DNA of 62,244 nucleotides, the filler included, from Basidioascus undulatus (lineage: Eukaryota), in NCBI GenBank assembly GCA_000826855.1. It is 16 parts of 16 records of this genome, joined end to end, with 100 filler letters (N's around TTAATTAATTAA, not from the genome) between each part and the next. Parts side by side here need not be neighbours in the genome. Positions count along the whole stretch, not along the records: positions 20,978 to 44,091 come from JTLS01000273.1; 15 more parts are not named here. The stretch is one strand, 5' to 3'. The notes below the pieces were generated by a model. The model made no database searches. It was not told the DNA's origin and was given only the letters and a program-made list of their open reading frames with translations. The position numbers were made by a program, and so were the translations under genes. This document shows, in pieces, positions 27,217 through 38,775 of this stretch (position 1 is its first letter; the number at the start of each line of letters is the position of its first letter).

Positions 27217-28010
27217 ATGCGCTCGTCGAGGGCCACAGGAAGGTCGGGATCAGTGGAGCTCCCCCCGGCCGCTGAGGGGAAGGGCACGTCCGCGCCGCTG
27301 CCGGAGCCGCCGCACATGAGCAGCTTCGACGAGACGCCCGAGACGACTCCAGAGCCAGAGAACCTCTACGCAGCCCCGGATGGTCTCGGAGAATATGACT
27401 GGTGGACGCACGGGTGGCAATTTTATTCGCATCTGGCACAGTCGGACATTGGGGAGGTGCGTCTTCTTGTCGACATGGTCCGACGCTTGAGATGAAAAAC
27501 TGAGACGATCCTCTATCTTATCACCGAACAGCCCTACACCACCTCGTCAAGACCCTATGTACCTCCTCCGGACTTCCTTGGTGACTTGAATGAGGTACTG
27601 CTTAGATCACTTCATCGCGCCCCCGCGTCGCTTATGACATCCGACCCGCAGTACCAACCGACCTACGATTATTCCCATTCCCACCCGACACACGATTTCC
27701 CCTCTTCGTATCCGACGTCTTACTCTCACGGCCGGACGCGCTCCGTCTCCCGCCGTCCGTCGACGGAAGTCCTCCGCGCGATCACGCCCTCACCGATCGA
27801 AGCACCTGCCCCTACTTTCCAAGACATTCCTGAGTGGGCGGCCGTTGACGGTGCGCTTTCGGTGTTCCCTATAACCCTCTGGGCAGGAAGGAGCTGAACT
27901 GTGCCCTTTCGCCTTCCGGTGCTGCTCAACGGAAGGCCTTCGCGCAATCACGCCCCCTCCGCTTGCCCCTCCTGCCCCAACGTTCGAAGACCTTCCCGAC
28001 TGGGCCGAAC
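27217..28010 (+). CDS. Hypothetical multi-exon protein with an internal duplicated motif (boundaries uncertain)
   Basis: Exon-like blocks with GT-AG boundaries; repeated LRAITPSPIEAPAPTFQDIPEWA / LRAITPPPLAPPAPTFEDLPDWA. Probably begins near 26408. Confidence 0.4.
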
Positions 28011-28952
28011 GTAGGCATTTTATTGTCAGCCTAGCTCTACGAGGGAGAAATAATACCTGGCTCTTTTCCAGACCTCCACCACGCGAACACGTACTAAAGC
28101 TTGGAACGGCCTTCGGCTTGTTCTCGTTTGCCGCTGTTTTTCTCAGTGCTCTGATTCCCTAACGACCCCATGATACTCGTAATCCTAGCTTTATAGTCTT
28201 CGTTTCGGTCTTGCTGCACTTGTTTTCTGCATGTTGACGATTCCGACCTCTCTTTACCTCTTTCTCGCCTGACTGTTTCTTGGTGTATTTGCAACTCGAT
28301 CTGCTGCTCTGCTGCTCGCTGTAACAAAACCTGCTGTTGTACAAGTAAACTATACACTACGTCTGTACAAGTAACCGATGTCTGTCTAATTTCGCTCCAA
28401 GGTTCCGCTCCGACAGTGCGCCAAAGCCAGGTGCATTCTGCGGGTGCCATCCAGTGAAGTCTGCTTGGAGGATTACCTCCGCATCAGTACATCTTATGAC
28501 CGTTTGGAAAGGGTGAAAAATATCTAGGATTTGTGGAGCGCAGCGACTTCGGGGACATTAGGGAGGGCTTCCGGCGCCGGAAGGATAGATGTTCTCAGCA
28601 GGCTGCCACGACCGGGTGGTGCCGACTGGTCTGATTGGTTTTGCCTGTCTTTGAAACAGCCAAACACTCACATTCCAATCTAATTAAGGTAAGAGACAGA
28701 TGGCCAAACGGCAAAACGAGGTCACAGCGTGCGGTGCAGGAGATGTAGCGGCGGCATAGCGGGGGGCATTTCACAAAGCCAACCTAGCATGAACTCTAAG
28801 ATAGGGCAATTCAATCTGTTGGGTATATGAGCATTATGGGGAGTATGGGTCTGTGGTCGTGGTTGATGTCTTGAGTCGCCAAACCGGTACCGTCCGCTCG
28901 TCAAACTCGCAACTTCAGCATCGGTACATCACAATCTACTGCCCGTTGGCCT

Positions 28953-29123
28953 CTAGTAAGGCTTCTGGCCGTAAACCTTATCAAGACTCTCGGGGTGGTT
29001 GGGAATAGAGTGCTCGTGGCGGCGCAGAAGTACATGACGCGCTATCGCCAGCTCCGCCTCCTGGCCGAAGAATGGAGCGGCGCTGGCGGCGGCTGCGAAG
29101 GCAAGGATGGCGATGGGACGCAT
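28953..29123 (-). CDS. Small secreted peptide precursor (56 aa)
   Basis: MRPIAILAFAAAASAAPFFGQEAELAIARHVLLRR-HEHSIPNHPESLDKVYGQKPY*. Signal peptide ending ASA|AP and a dibasic RR site. Confidence 0.6.
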   Translation of the reverse strand: MRPIAILAFAAAASAAPFFGQEAELAIARHVLLRRHEHSIPNHPESLDKVYGQKPY

Positions 29124-29528
29124 CGTGGAGTGTTCAGTTTTGGTTGGATGACGGGGGTGATCAAGGTATACTCTACATTTAGGTGATTGAAGAAAGCGGT
29201 GGTGTGTGGATTGGAGGCGAGAGCTGGCGCTGTGCGCCACATGAAGGCGAACCGGCGGATGTTGTTGCTTCTCACTGGCTTGCCCCTTTGCTATACAGCC
29301 GCGCATATTTCATTCAGAGGAATCTTTTCGCCGTATAAATCCTGGGTTGGCTGTCGTTTCTCGTCTTACGGAGTTGGTCGTTTAACAAGTATACCGGGGG
29401 TCCCAACACATAGCCTTCATGGAGCGTTGAAGACCGCACTTGAGTGTTAAATACTTCTTTGAGGGCCCGATATTCTTCCCCATGCAGGCGGACAGTCATG
29501 TCAAAAGATTAATCGACCCCTGCTTGCT

Positions 29529-30023
29529 TCATTTGCATTGCGCCTGCGAATTGTGTTTTAAATTTCAGCATACACAATCCCACGTAGGATTTAAAGTATT
29601 TCTAAGGGTGTTCTCACTTTTTGGAGCCCCATAGCAGCTTTCCGATCCTGCTCGCTGCACTTGTCCTCCATGCACTGGCGCGCGGCGGCTTGGAACTGCT
29701 CGTTGCTGCAGACGCAGGCGAAGTCGGTACTGGGTTGCGTGAGGAGTCGTTTTAGGTTTCAAAACATACACAACAACCTAATAAATCAAGGGATCTCATA
29801 CGTACATGGCTTGGCACGGTCCTGCCGGGAGGGCGGCGCGGGAGCAGTCCATGACCTGTCCGGATGGGAGGGGTCCTGAGCGTCAGTCTCTGCGTGAGCA
29901 GCTCAAAAATCGTCACTGAAGTAACAAGTCTGATATCCTCACACAGGGCGAGATGCCTTGGGCAAGGGCGAGCGCCGGGAAGGACGCGAGGGCGCCGAGA
30001 GGGAGGAGGTAGGTGAGTTGCAT
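29529..30023 (-). CDS. Secreted CFEM-domain-only protein (about 85 aa, 4 exons)
   Basis: Spliced: MQLTYLLPLGALASFPALALAQGISPC|VMDCSRAALPAGPCQAI|TDFACVCSNEQFQAAARQCMEDKCSEQDRKAAMGLQK|AQCK*. Signal peptide plus eight Cys in CFEM spacing. Confidence 0.88.
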
Positions 30024-30894
30024 GGCGGCGGTGAGTGTGAGAGGTGTGGGATTGCAGCGGATGGCAAGGGGAATAATGAAAAGGAAGGTCGAGAGTGGCT
30101 GAAGGAGCGTGAGTAGCTGTGGGCTTAAAGAGTGCGTAGAGCGGTAGACTTGGGGGTGGCTAGGGCTGTCAGTGTTGAGGAGGCCAGAATGGGTCAAGCG
30201 TTGGTCGCCACTCCTGTTGTATGATGGACACTTTTCCATTCGTCTGATTGATTACAAGAGCACACCCGCGGTGTAGCGTGTACGATAGATGTACATCGAG
30301 AATAATCAGAAGGACTGAGCAACAGCTAGAGGGCAGCCACCGACCAGCCACCTCTTAGTGAGCGAGCAGAGCGCAAAGACTACAGAGGTCCGTGGTGCGC
30401 TAGCAGTTGAGCAGTTCAATGGCCAAAGTTCTCGCTGCCAGGATATCGGCTGCTGCGTGGGCGTCCGAGCAGAGTCGATACTCACAAATGAATTGAGCGG
30501 GAGAAGAGCTTTTACAATATACGCGCGCAGCCGAAGGTTTGCCGAGGCGGTGGTAGAGCGACAAGTGCAATTTGCAGCGAGTCCATTTCAATCTGACATG
30601 ACCAGATCATGCCTGAAAGTGCAAAGCTGAACATGCATATCGATAAAATCTGCATCTGTTTTTTTTTCAGCTGTTGTCGACGAAGTCCTCGGTGCCTGAT
30701 CGAACTCACGTGATTTTATGATTGATTCCGCCCCCCGCGACAGCTTGTCGTGTCCAGCCTTCCAGCCCGGTCCTTGTCCTGCCCATGGAACAAGCTCCTA
30801 CCGCAAGTTTGGTCTCTTCAGGCCTCTCCTGATCCTAGCCAACAAGAACAGGGCTGCCCGGCCTGCTCTAGCCCACTCACCATCACCGCCGGCG

Positions 30895-33800
30895 ATGCGG
30901 TCCCTGATACTCCCCATTCTCCTTGTGCTCAAGGCAACCCTCACCCGCACCCAGTCGACCGAGTGCTTCCAATACGCCTCCCTCAATTCCAGCTCGGAGT
31001 GCGCCTGCCCAGCGCCGTTCGGCAGCAAGGATTGCGCATCTGCCACCTGCGGGGGAAGCGCGCTGCTCCCCTCGTGGGGGCGCAAGCTGGCGCCGGGCAT
31101 CACGAATGGGGATGGCACGGGCGCTGGCGGGGCGGGGGAGGTCTCGGGTGGGGCAGCTAAGGGGAACATCACGGATGCGACCTGTGGATGTAATGATGGC
31201 TGGGGAGGCGTTGGATGTACTGGTGAGTCTTCAGTTTGCTCGGTGGTCCGAAACCAGACGCGAGTGCCGCGAGACTGAACACGAGCGGGAGGGGACAGTG
31301 TGTACCTCTGATAACGCCTGCTCGTCCGCCTTCTCGGCTGCATCGGTCTACTCTTCATTCACCGGCACTCCCCTCGGCACTCTCGACGACCCCTTGACTT
31401 GTCAGACCACTCCCCGAACATACGGTGTCGGATTTCTGTCGTGCAATGTCGACGTATGTTGCACTCCGGCGCTCCTTGAGAAGAAGAGCTGAACGACCGC
31501 TGTTTCCAAAAGAACCCGACTCTTCATAGTCTCTTCCCGCTTCCAGCATCCTTGTCCATTACGAAGTTCCTCGCTCCTTCCTCCGCGCCCGTGCCCAGCT
31601 CGTTCTACGGCGACCCAGGGAATGCAACGGCGATAGCGTCGCTGTGGTACGACGTGCGTTGCGTCGCGCGAAGCCCTCATCGGAGCTTTAGCTGAGAAAG
31701 AGGTCCGATCTACAGGGTGTCGAACAATTCTACTGCGCTGCCGAGCAGTGCGCCCAGACGCTGCAAGGCGATGTCGGTGCGTCTTCCTGTAGTAGGCAGC
31801 AAACGGCTCGACAGCTGCTGACGGTGAAGGTAATGAAGGCTCGGACTATACCTGCGCGAGCTTGAAGTGCACCTGTATTCCAGGCTCGACTTTCTGTGGC
31901 GGCGCTGGTATGGTGAGTTTCCTCCAATCTTTTCCCCGCTGCCAGACTGGACACGAACCGCTGAATGCTGCCCCGCACAGACCTACAACCTGACCAGCAC
32001 CATCAACGACCTCTCTGGCAGTTTGCAAATTTCTTGCGCAGACGCTTCGGGAACGTGCGGGTTCAAGCAGGTACGTGCTCTCCATGTTCTCGTCTTCGCG
32101 TCATGCATCTGAACCTTTCGCTCCCATTAGGACGCGCTCGTCTCCCTCTTCGGCTCCTCCGGACTCTCCCTGACAGGCTGCACGTCCGGCGAGTGCGTCC
32201 GGCAGTCCGTCGTCGACTCCGCAAGCTCCAACTCCGCGACAGCCGGCACGTCCTCGTCCAACTCCCTCTCGGGCGGGGTGATTGCCGGCCTCGCCGTGCT
32301 CGGCGCGTTCGTGCTCGCGGCGCTTTCGCTCCTCGCGCTCGGGCTGCTCGCGCAGCGCCGCGCGCGGAAGGCGGTCGTGCCTGGGGAGGAGGAGAAGCGG
32401 CGCGGCGAGGGTGTCGTGCTGGACTTTGAGGGGATTGGGTACGCGCTGCCGGTGCAGGGGAGCGGGTGGTGGAAGAGGCCGATGGAGGGGGACGAAGGGA
32501 AGGTCCTCCTTGATGGGGTTGGCGGGAAGGTCGCGCCGGGGGAGATGCTCGCTATCCTTGGACCGAGCGGTGCGTTGTTTCTTCTGCGACTGTGGGGGGA
32601 GGGAGCTGACGTCGGAGGAAGGGAACCCCGCACAGGCGCCGGCAAATCGACCCTTGTCGATATCATCTCTGGAAAACGCAAGAGCGGACGTACATCCGGA
32701 CGAATCTCCTTCTACTCCCCTTACTCCCCCAACACTCCCGTCCGCCCGCACTTGGCCTACGTCGACCAAGTGCGTCCTTTCCATCTCCCACACATCTCTT
32801 TCTGCGTCTGCCGTGCCCACTTGCTGACCTTGATTGATAAACAGCACGACATCCTGCACCCCACCTTGACCCCTCGCGAAGCGCTCCTCCTCGCCGCGCG
32901 CCTGCGGCTGCCCGAGTCCGTCGGCGACGCCGAGAAGCGCACTCGCGTGTTCGAGGTCCTTACGCAGCTCGGGCTCGCGGACATCGCGGATGTGCGCATC
33001 GGCTCGGGCGAGAAGCGCGGGATCTCGGGCGGCGAGATGCGCAGGGTCAGCATTGGGCTCGAGCTGGTGGGCAGGCCGGAGGTGCTCGTGCTGGATGAGC
33101 CGACTAGCGGTGCGTCTGTCATATTGGCGGAAATGGCAAGAGGAAGGCGAGGATACTCATTGCGGACGTGATGGTTGGTGTCGAGCAGGTCTGGATTCCG
33201 TCTCGGCTGCGAAGGTCGTCGCGGTTTTGGATCAGCTTGCGAAGGACCCCGTCCACCCGACGACTATCATCGCATCAATCCATCAACCTTCGTAAGACAG
33301 ATATGTAAACATTCGTCCGTCTGAGATCCTCGGCTGACTCTCTACCCTTTCACAGCTCCCGGCTGTACCACTCCTTCTCACGCATCCTTCTCCTCTCCTC
33401 GGGCCGAACTCTCTACTCTGGCCCGGGCGGCTCGGCGCCCGCCGCGTACTTCGCAGCGCGCGGCCAGCCGTGCCCAGAGAACTACAATGTCGCGGACCAC
33501 CTGCTCGAGATCGCGAGCGACCCGAGCCTGGCGCGGAAGACGTCAAGCTCGGACGCGGGCGAGAAGGCGGAGGTGAAGGGGGAGGACAGCGCGTCAGAAG
33601 GGGGCCCATTTGGGGCGGGCCCTTCTGCGGTCGCGGCGGAGGGCAGGGTCAAGCGCGCGAAGGGCGCGCAGGCTACGGCCCTGACGCAGTTTGAGGTGCT
33701 TAGCGGGAGGGAGTGGAGAACGCTGAAGAGGTGCGTTTGACTGTCGACTTTTGAACAGCATGAGCTGAGAAACAGACACTGATACGAGGGGACGTGCGTA

Positions 33801-34961
33801 CAGGGATTGGACTCTATTTTTCATGCACATGGCTATCGCCGCCGTCGTCGGCTTGTTCTGCGGTACGTCTCCTCGTCCTTACGCAGCTGGGAAGTTACGA
33901 TGCTGACGCTCGTCATTCTGGCTTTAGGCGGAATCTACTGGAAGATCGGTATCGATATTTCTGGTTTCCAGGTGCGTGCTAGGAGTTGAAAGTAAAGCAA
34001 GGCCAGGAAATTGACGCGTGACTGCAGAACCGCATCGGCTCGCTCTTCTTCCTTGGCTCGCTCCTCGCATTCTCGTCTCTGTCCGCCCTCCACAATCTCG
34101 TCGAAGTTCGCGCACTCTTCTTGCGTGAGCGCAGTGGCGGGTACTACAGGTGCGCTCCCCAATGCCGAGCACGCGGGAGAGACGCCGGCTTACATGGTGC
34201 TGTGTCAGCCCGGCAATCTGGCTGCTCGTCCGCTGCGTGTGGGATATCATCCCTCTTCGTGTTCTCCCAACGATCTTGATTTCCACTATCGTCTACTGGT
34301 GCGTTATTTTCAGTTACGCTAAGTGCTCCTTCACTGATGAACGGTGGTCGATCAGGATGGTCGGCCTCTCGCACGATGCGGCACGTTTCTTCAAGTTCCT
34401 CCTCATCCTCATTCTCTACAGTCTTGCCTTGACCCTCTTTGTGCGTTGTTTCCCCCTCTTCTGACCCGTGCACTATAACTATAGTGCTGATCTAGTATGT
34501 CCCCGCAATCAGAACTTCATTCTTGCCTGCTCATTCCGCAACGGCGGGATCGCGATCCTCATCGCGTCGATTATCAACCTGTGGCAAATGGTCTTTGCCG
34601 GTTTCTTCGTTTCTCTGTCGAAGATCCCGCCCGTTCTTCGGTGGCTACAGTGGCTCGCGCCGCTCAAATACTGCCTCGAGGCGCTCTCGGTAAATGAAGT
34701 GGGGTCAGGTAAGCCTTCGTTGCTTTCGCCGCCGGCACACCTGTTCCTAACGCCAACTCGTCCTATCCGACAGGCCTCATGATCTCCGACACGCTCCAAG
34801 GCGTGCCCGTCAACGTCAGCGCCGAGCTCATCATGAAGCTTCTCTTCGGGTTCAAGACGAACGCGTACTACCGCGACGTCCTGGTCCTCTTTGCCTTTAT
34901 TGTTGGTTTCGCTGCCATCCTCGTTACCATCGTCTTTTTCCGACTGCGCGAGCAGCGTTGA
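30895..34961 (+). CDS. ADP1: ADP1-like ABCG half-transporter with a Cys-rich EGF-like ectodomain (multi-exon)
   Basis: Signal peptide, EGF-like CACPAPFGSKDC and CGCNDGWGGVGC, one TM helix, Walker A GPSG|AGKST, signature ISGGE, Walker B VLVLDEPTS|GLD, IHQP and an ABC2 membrane domain ending LREQR*. Confidence 0.93.
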
Positions 34962-35419
34962 TTGCGGATGATGCGGCCCTTTCATTTTGTTTCGGTAGAA
35001 ACGTCTTATTTGTAATGCCTTGATCCTGTTGCTTTCGGTTGTTGTGGTATGTTGCGTATCTACGGGATAATTGCCTGCACCTCCCGTCGTTGCTACCACC
35101 GACTGCTACGCAGTGTTATGCGATGGATCGAGGACAGTAACGGATGAACTTTCTCTTGCGCTTTCGCAACGTTACACCCAGTGAAGAGCCCCTAATAAGC
35201 ATTCTTGCATTTGAGTGGGCGAGAGATACGATTCCGGTTTGGATGTTACTCCATCTGCCCCAGGCTGCCCAATCATGCCCCAATCATATACGCTAGCAAG
35301 CTAATTGCTCACCGGGCAACGGTACCAAGCAACATGCAGTGATTCACAAGCAGCGACGATCGATTCAGCAGACACAAACCATGTCACAGCTTCTCGATTA
35401 TGTCCCAAATCTCCCCACT

Positions 35420-36200
35420 AACGATCTTCTCCGTGAGCCAGGTACTCGACCTCGATGTCCCGTATCCCCAACTTGAACACACCCAGCTGAACGGTGATAT
35501 CGAGATGAGACAGAGCCTCGTCGAGCTCGCCCATAAAGCGGTCCCTAATTTTGTCGCTCCGGCTCGATGTGTGAAGTCCGAATGCCAGCTGTTTTAGTGA
35601 AAAGCTTGTTTGCAGAAGGGTCTGCAGACCGCGAATTTGCAGCGCACTCAGGCTCCCGTCGAGCAGATGATGAGGTGGGACAAGCGAGGCATAGCGCGAG
35701 CGCAGCCACGTTATTGAGATATATCGAGGTTACAGCAGGGTAGGCGCTCGAGTTTGTCGAACGTTTTGAGTGGCAATCCGAAAGTGGAACGCCCATTGCA
35801 ATCGAAGGCTAGTTGCGCGGGGCACGCGAGCTCCTGCAGCCGAGTCCCTCTTGCAGGAACCGTGGAAGACATGCCAAGCGGCACCGATGAACAGGCGTTT
35901 GAGTCAGGACATACTACTACGAAGCGTATCTCCGGCGGTTACGAACGTGTGATGGGACCAGGCCAATATACACAGAGTCCTCAAGGAGTGCGTGTGGGTG
36001 CCGAGCCGCGCGTTCGCCGGCACGGTGCTCGCGAGCTTGACCATCTGTTCGATTGAAATCAAAATGATCGGTCGATAAATTAACGGCTCTATGAGCTCCT
36101 TGAAGTCGCGCGACACAAGGCAGAGGGGAGCGAGCGTCGCAGCCTCGCGTAGGCGAGGCGGTGCGATGATCCACCGCCGACGAGTTAGAGAATGATAAAG
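35420..36200 (-). pseudogene. Possible F-box-like protein remnant
   Basis: LAPLCLVSRDFKELIEPLIYRPIIL is typical of the end of basidiomycete F-box-like domains; the downstream frame is broken. Confidence 0.35.
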
Positions 36201-36912
36201 CTTTGGATGTCGAAGGGAAGGGAAAGTATTTTGAACGTGAAAGGTCGCTTGGCTTGAGTGTGATGGTGGTGTTGAAGATGGAGTGAGGCAAGGGCCAGGA
36301 TTGCGGCGGCAAAGTCCAGGCCCGCGACACCCGATCTCTCTGTTTGACACTCATTGAGTTAACGGTCGACAAGTACCTCACAGGCTGTCACATCGACAGC
36401 GCTTCTTCCATCTGTACGTTTTAATTGGTGCTTATCGCCTTAGTATTGGGCGAAAACTGAAGCGGAACGGCTTGCAGCAAGACGCGACTGCATGTTCTGA
36501 GTCTCTTATCGAATTGGAGCCAAATCGCATTGCAGTCCTCCAACAGCTTTCAAACCTTCCCCCACAAATGTCTGCAAGATCATGCATCATACACGACAGC
36601 GGCTACCTTACCTTCCTAGTTCCAGGGTGGACTTATTCGGCCTGTGCAGGATGCCCGGACGAGCTGCTGGGCCGTCCGCAGAGGGAGAACGCTTTGCCTC
36701 GAACTGTGAGCCGGCTAAGCATTGGACGCCGGCCGGCCCCAAAAATTGTCGGCCGGTGGATTACAGAGACTTTTGGTTTATAAAAGCTGCAGGTTTTCTG
36801 TGTCTCATCAAGCCGCCACCGATACATACGGCCACACTTCTACTTCCCCGCGTTCTCCGCACGAGATCGTGGACCCAAAGCTCCTCAACAGTCTTCGCTA
36901 CCAGAGCGCGAG

Positions 36913-38433
36913 ATGGGGGACACGAACGCTTACCGCTATTATCAAGGTCTCATAAGACGTCAAACTCTTGGAAATGTGACGATGAGGTTCGCCGATGACG
37001 TTCTCAGGCCGGAGATTCCAGGCTACAAATGAGGTTTACTCCCTACCAGCCGACGGTAGGCCTGCCTACAATTTTATCTCTAAAGCATCCCATTGACATT
37101 ATTTTGCTCTGAAGACGAGGAGGTCGAACGTTTTGACCTTCAGGTAGGAGCAACGCTTCACGAGTGTAGGAAGCTGTCTGATCTTGGGTGTACGGGGCAA
37201 AACAGCATCGCGCCCTCACACTTCTTCTGGACAAGCCATATTACGGTCCTATTTACGAGGTAATAAAGAGCCAGGTGGATTCCGGGAACACCACGCAGAT
37301 CTTGTAAGTAGGTCCTCGATGAGGGTGGTCCAACATCCCGTCGAGCACTGACATGCGAGACCGCAGAGACGTTGGGACGGGTTCAGGGACATGGTCAGTT
37401 GTGACTTCTAAAATAGACGGAGCCGTTACTGAAACGGCCATGACCAGGGCCGTGGAGATCGCTAAGGAGTTTAAGGAAGCTCAAGTCACTGGGATTGACA
37501 TTGTACCGGTTCTGCGAAAGTGGGTTCTTTCTGAATTGCACAAAGGCCACAAGCACGGTCAACTCAACCATTATACTTCCAGGGACGTTTCGGTCAATGT
37601 CAAGTTCGAGATCTGCGACGTGACCAAGAACCTCGAGCACGACTTTGCTCGCGAGACTTTCGGCGTGGTTCACATCCGCTTTCTATTTCTCGGAGTGAGC
37701 GTCAAGCGCCCTTCCTCTGCGTAAAATTCAGTTACATTAACCGGAACACCTTCAGATCAAAGACTGGAAACTTTTCCTTGACACGTGTCTGCGTCTCGTC
37801 CGGCCGGGGGGTATGGTATCCTGCTGGTTGTCGAGCCCAACCTGGGTGATTTCGCGAAGGCGCTACCAGGCCCGGCCATCAAGGCCTTTTACGAAGCAGT
37901 TTTGTAGTCTGTGGACTGCTCTTGGGGTAGAACCTCCTCCCTGAGGACATCGGTACTCATTCCTTGGCTTCTCCCTTGGTTGCGACGGTTCGGTTGGGAC
38001 TAAATCGTGCTGGTTTCGCAGTGGAACAGCGCTTCGCGATGCTCCAGGCTACAAACAACATTCGACACAGCGAAGTTCGCATCATCAACTGGCCAGTCGG
38101 ATCTTGGCCTGAAGGTGCGTTGATCCAACTCTTCTTTGCAGGAAGCTGCTAAAATCCATGGTGAAGCGGCGTAGACGCACGGCTCAAAGAACGCGGGAAG
38201 CTCGTCGCTCTCGATTACCTCGCCTTCATGCGGTTGAGTTGTGCTTTAAACTCTTACTTACTCGGCAAGCTGATATTGGCTTTTATAACGGCCCCAGGGC
38301 CCTTACTCCCCTCCTTGTCGGCGGCGGGCACTTGGAGGACGAAGCGCAAGAGCTCCGTCCTCAAGCCCGACAAGAATTTGAGTCTTTGCGCCAAGAGGCT
38401 CCGTTGGTGTTCGCATATCCCACGAAGGCGTAA
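36913..38433 (+). pseudogene. LaeA-like class I SAM-dependent methyltransferase, copy 1 (frameshifted)
   Basis: MGDTNAYRYYQ|GRRFQATNEVYSLPAD...DVGTGSGTW|AVEIAKEFKEAQVTGIDI...NVKFEICDV...FGVVHIRFLFLG|IKDW...RPGG. A 5-bp GGTAT duplication at about 37810-37819 shifts the frame. Confidence 0.82.
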
Positions 38434-38775
38434 CATAATTCCCTGGGAACTGGTTTCCGTCCTCTTGTTTTGATCCTGCATGTCACGAACATTTGTCGAG
38501 CTATTGTCGTCTCCGGCCATGACGGCTCTAGTACAGGCCTCGGGGTATAATGCCCGGGCGAGCTGCAACTTGAGCGATCTGCTCACCGGCGCTGCTGCCT
38601 CCGAAATACAAGTCCACGTGGCTGTTAGCAGGGGGTATTTCTGGATGGTCAAAATGCGTTTATAAGGCCTCCATGTGCAGTCATCCGTCCTTACCCACAC
38701 ACAACATTGAGTCCCTCTTGTCCTTCCGCTGTGCAATCCAACAGTCCAAGCCCGAGCCCAGTTCAGAAAAGCATC

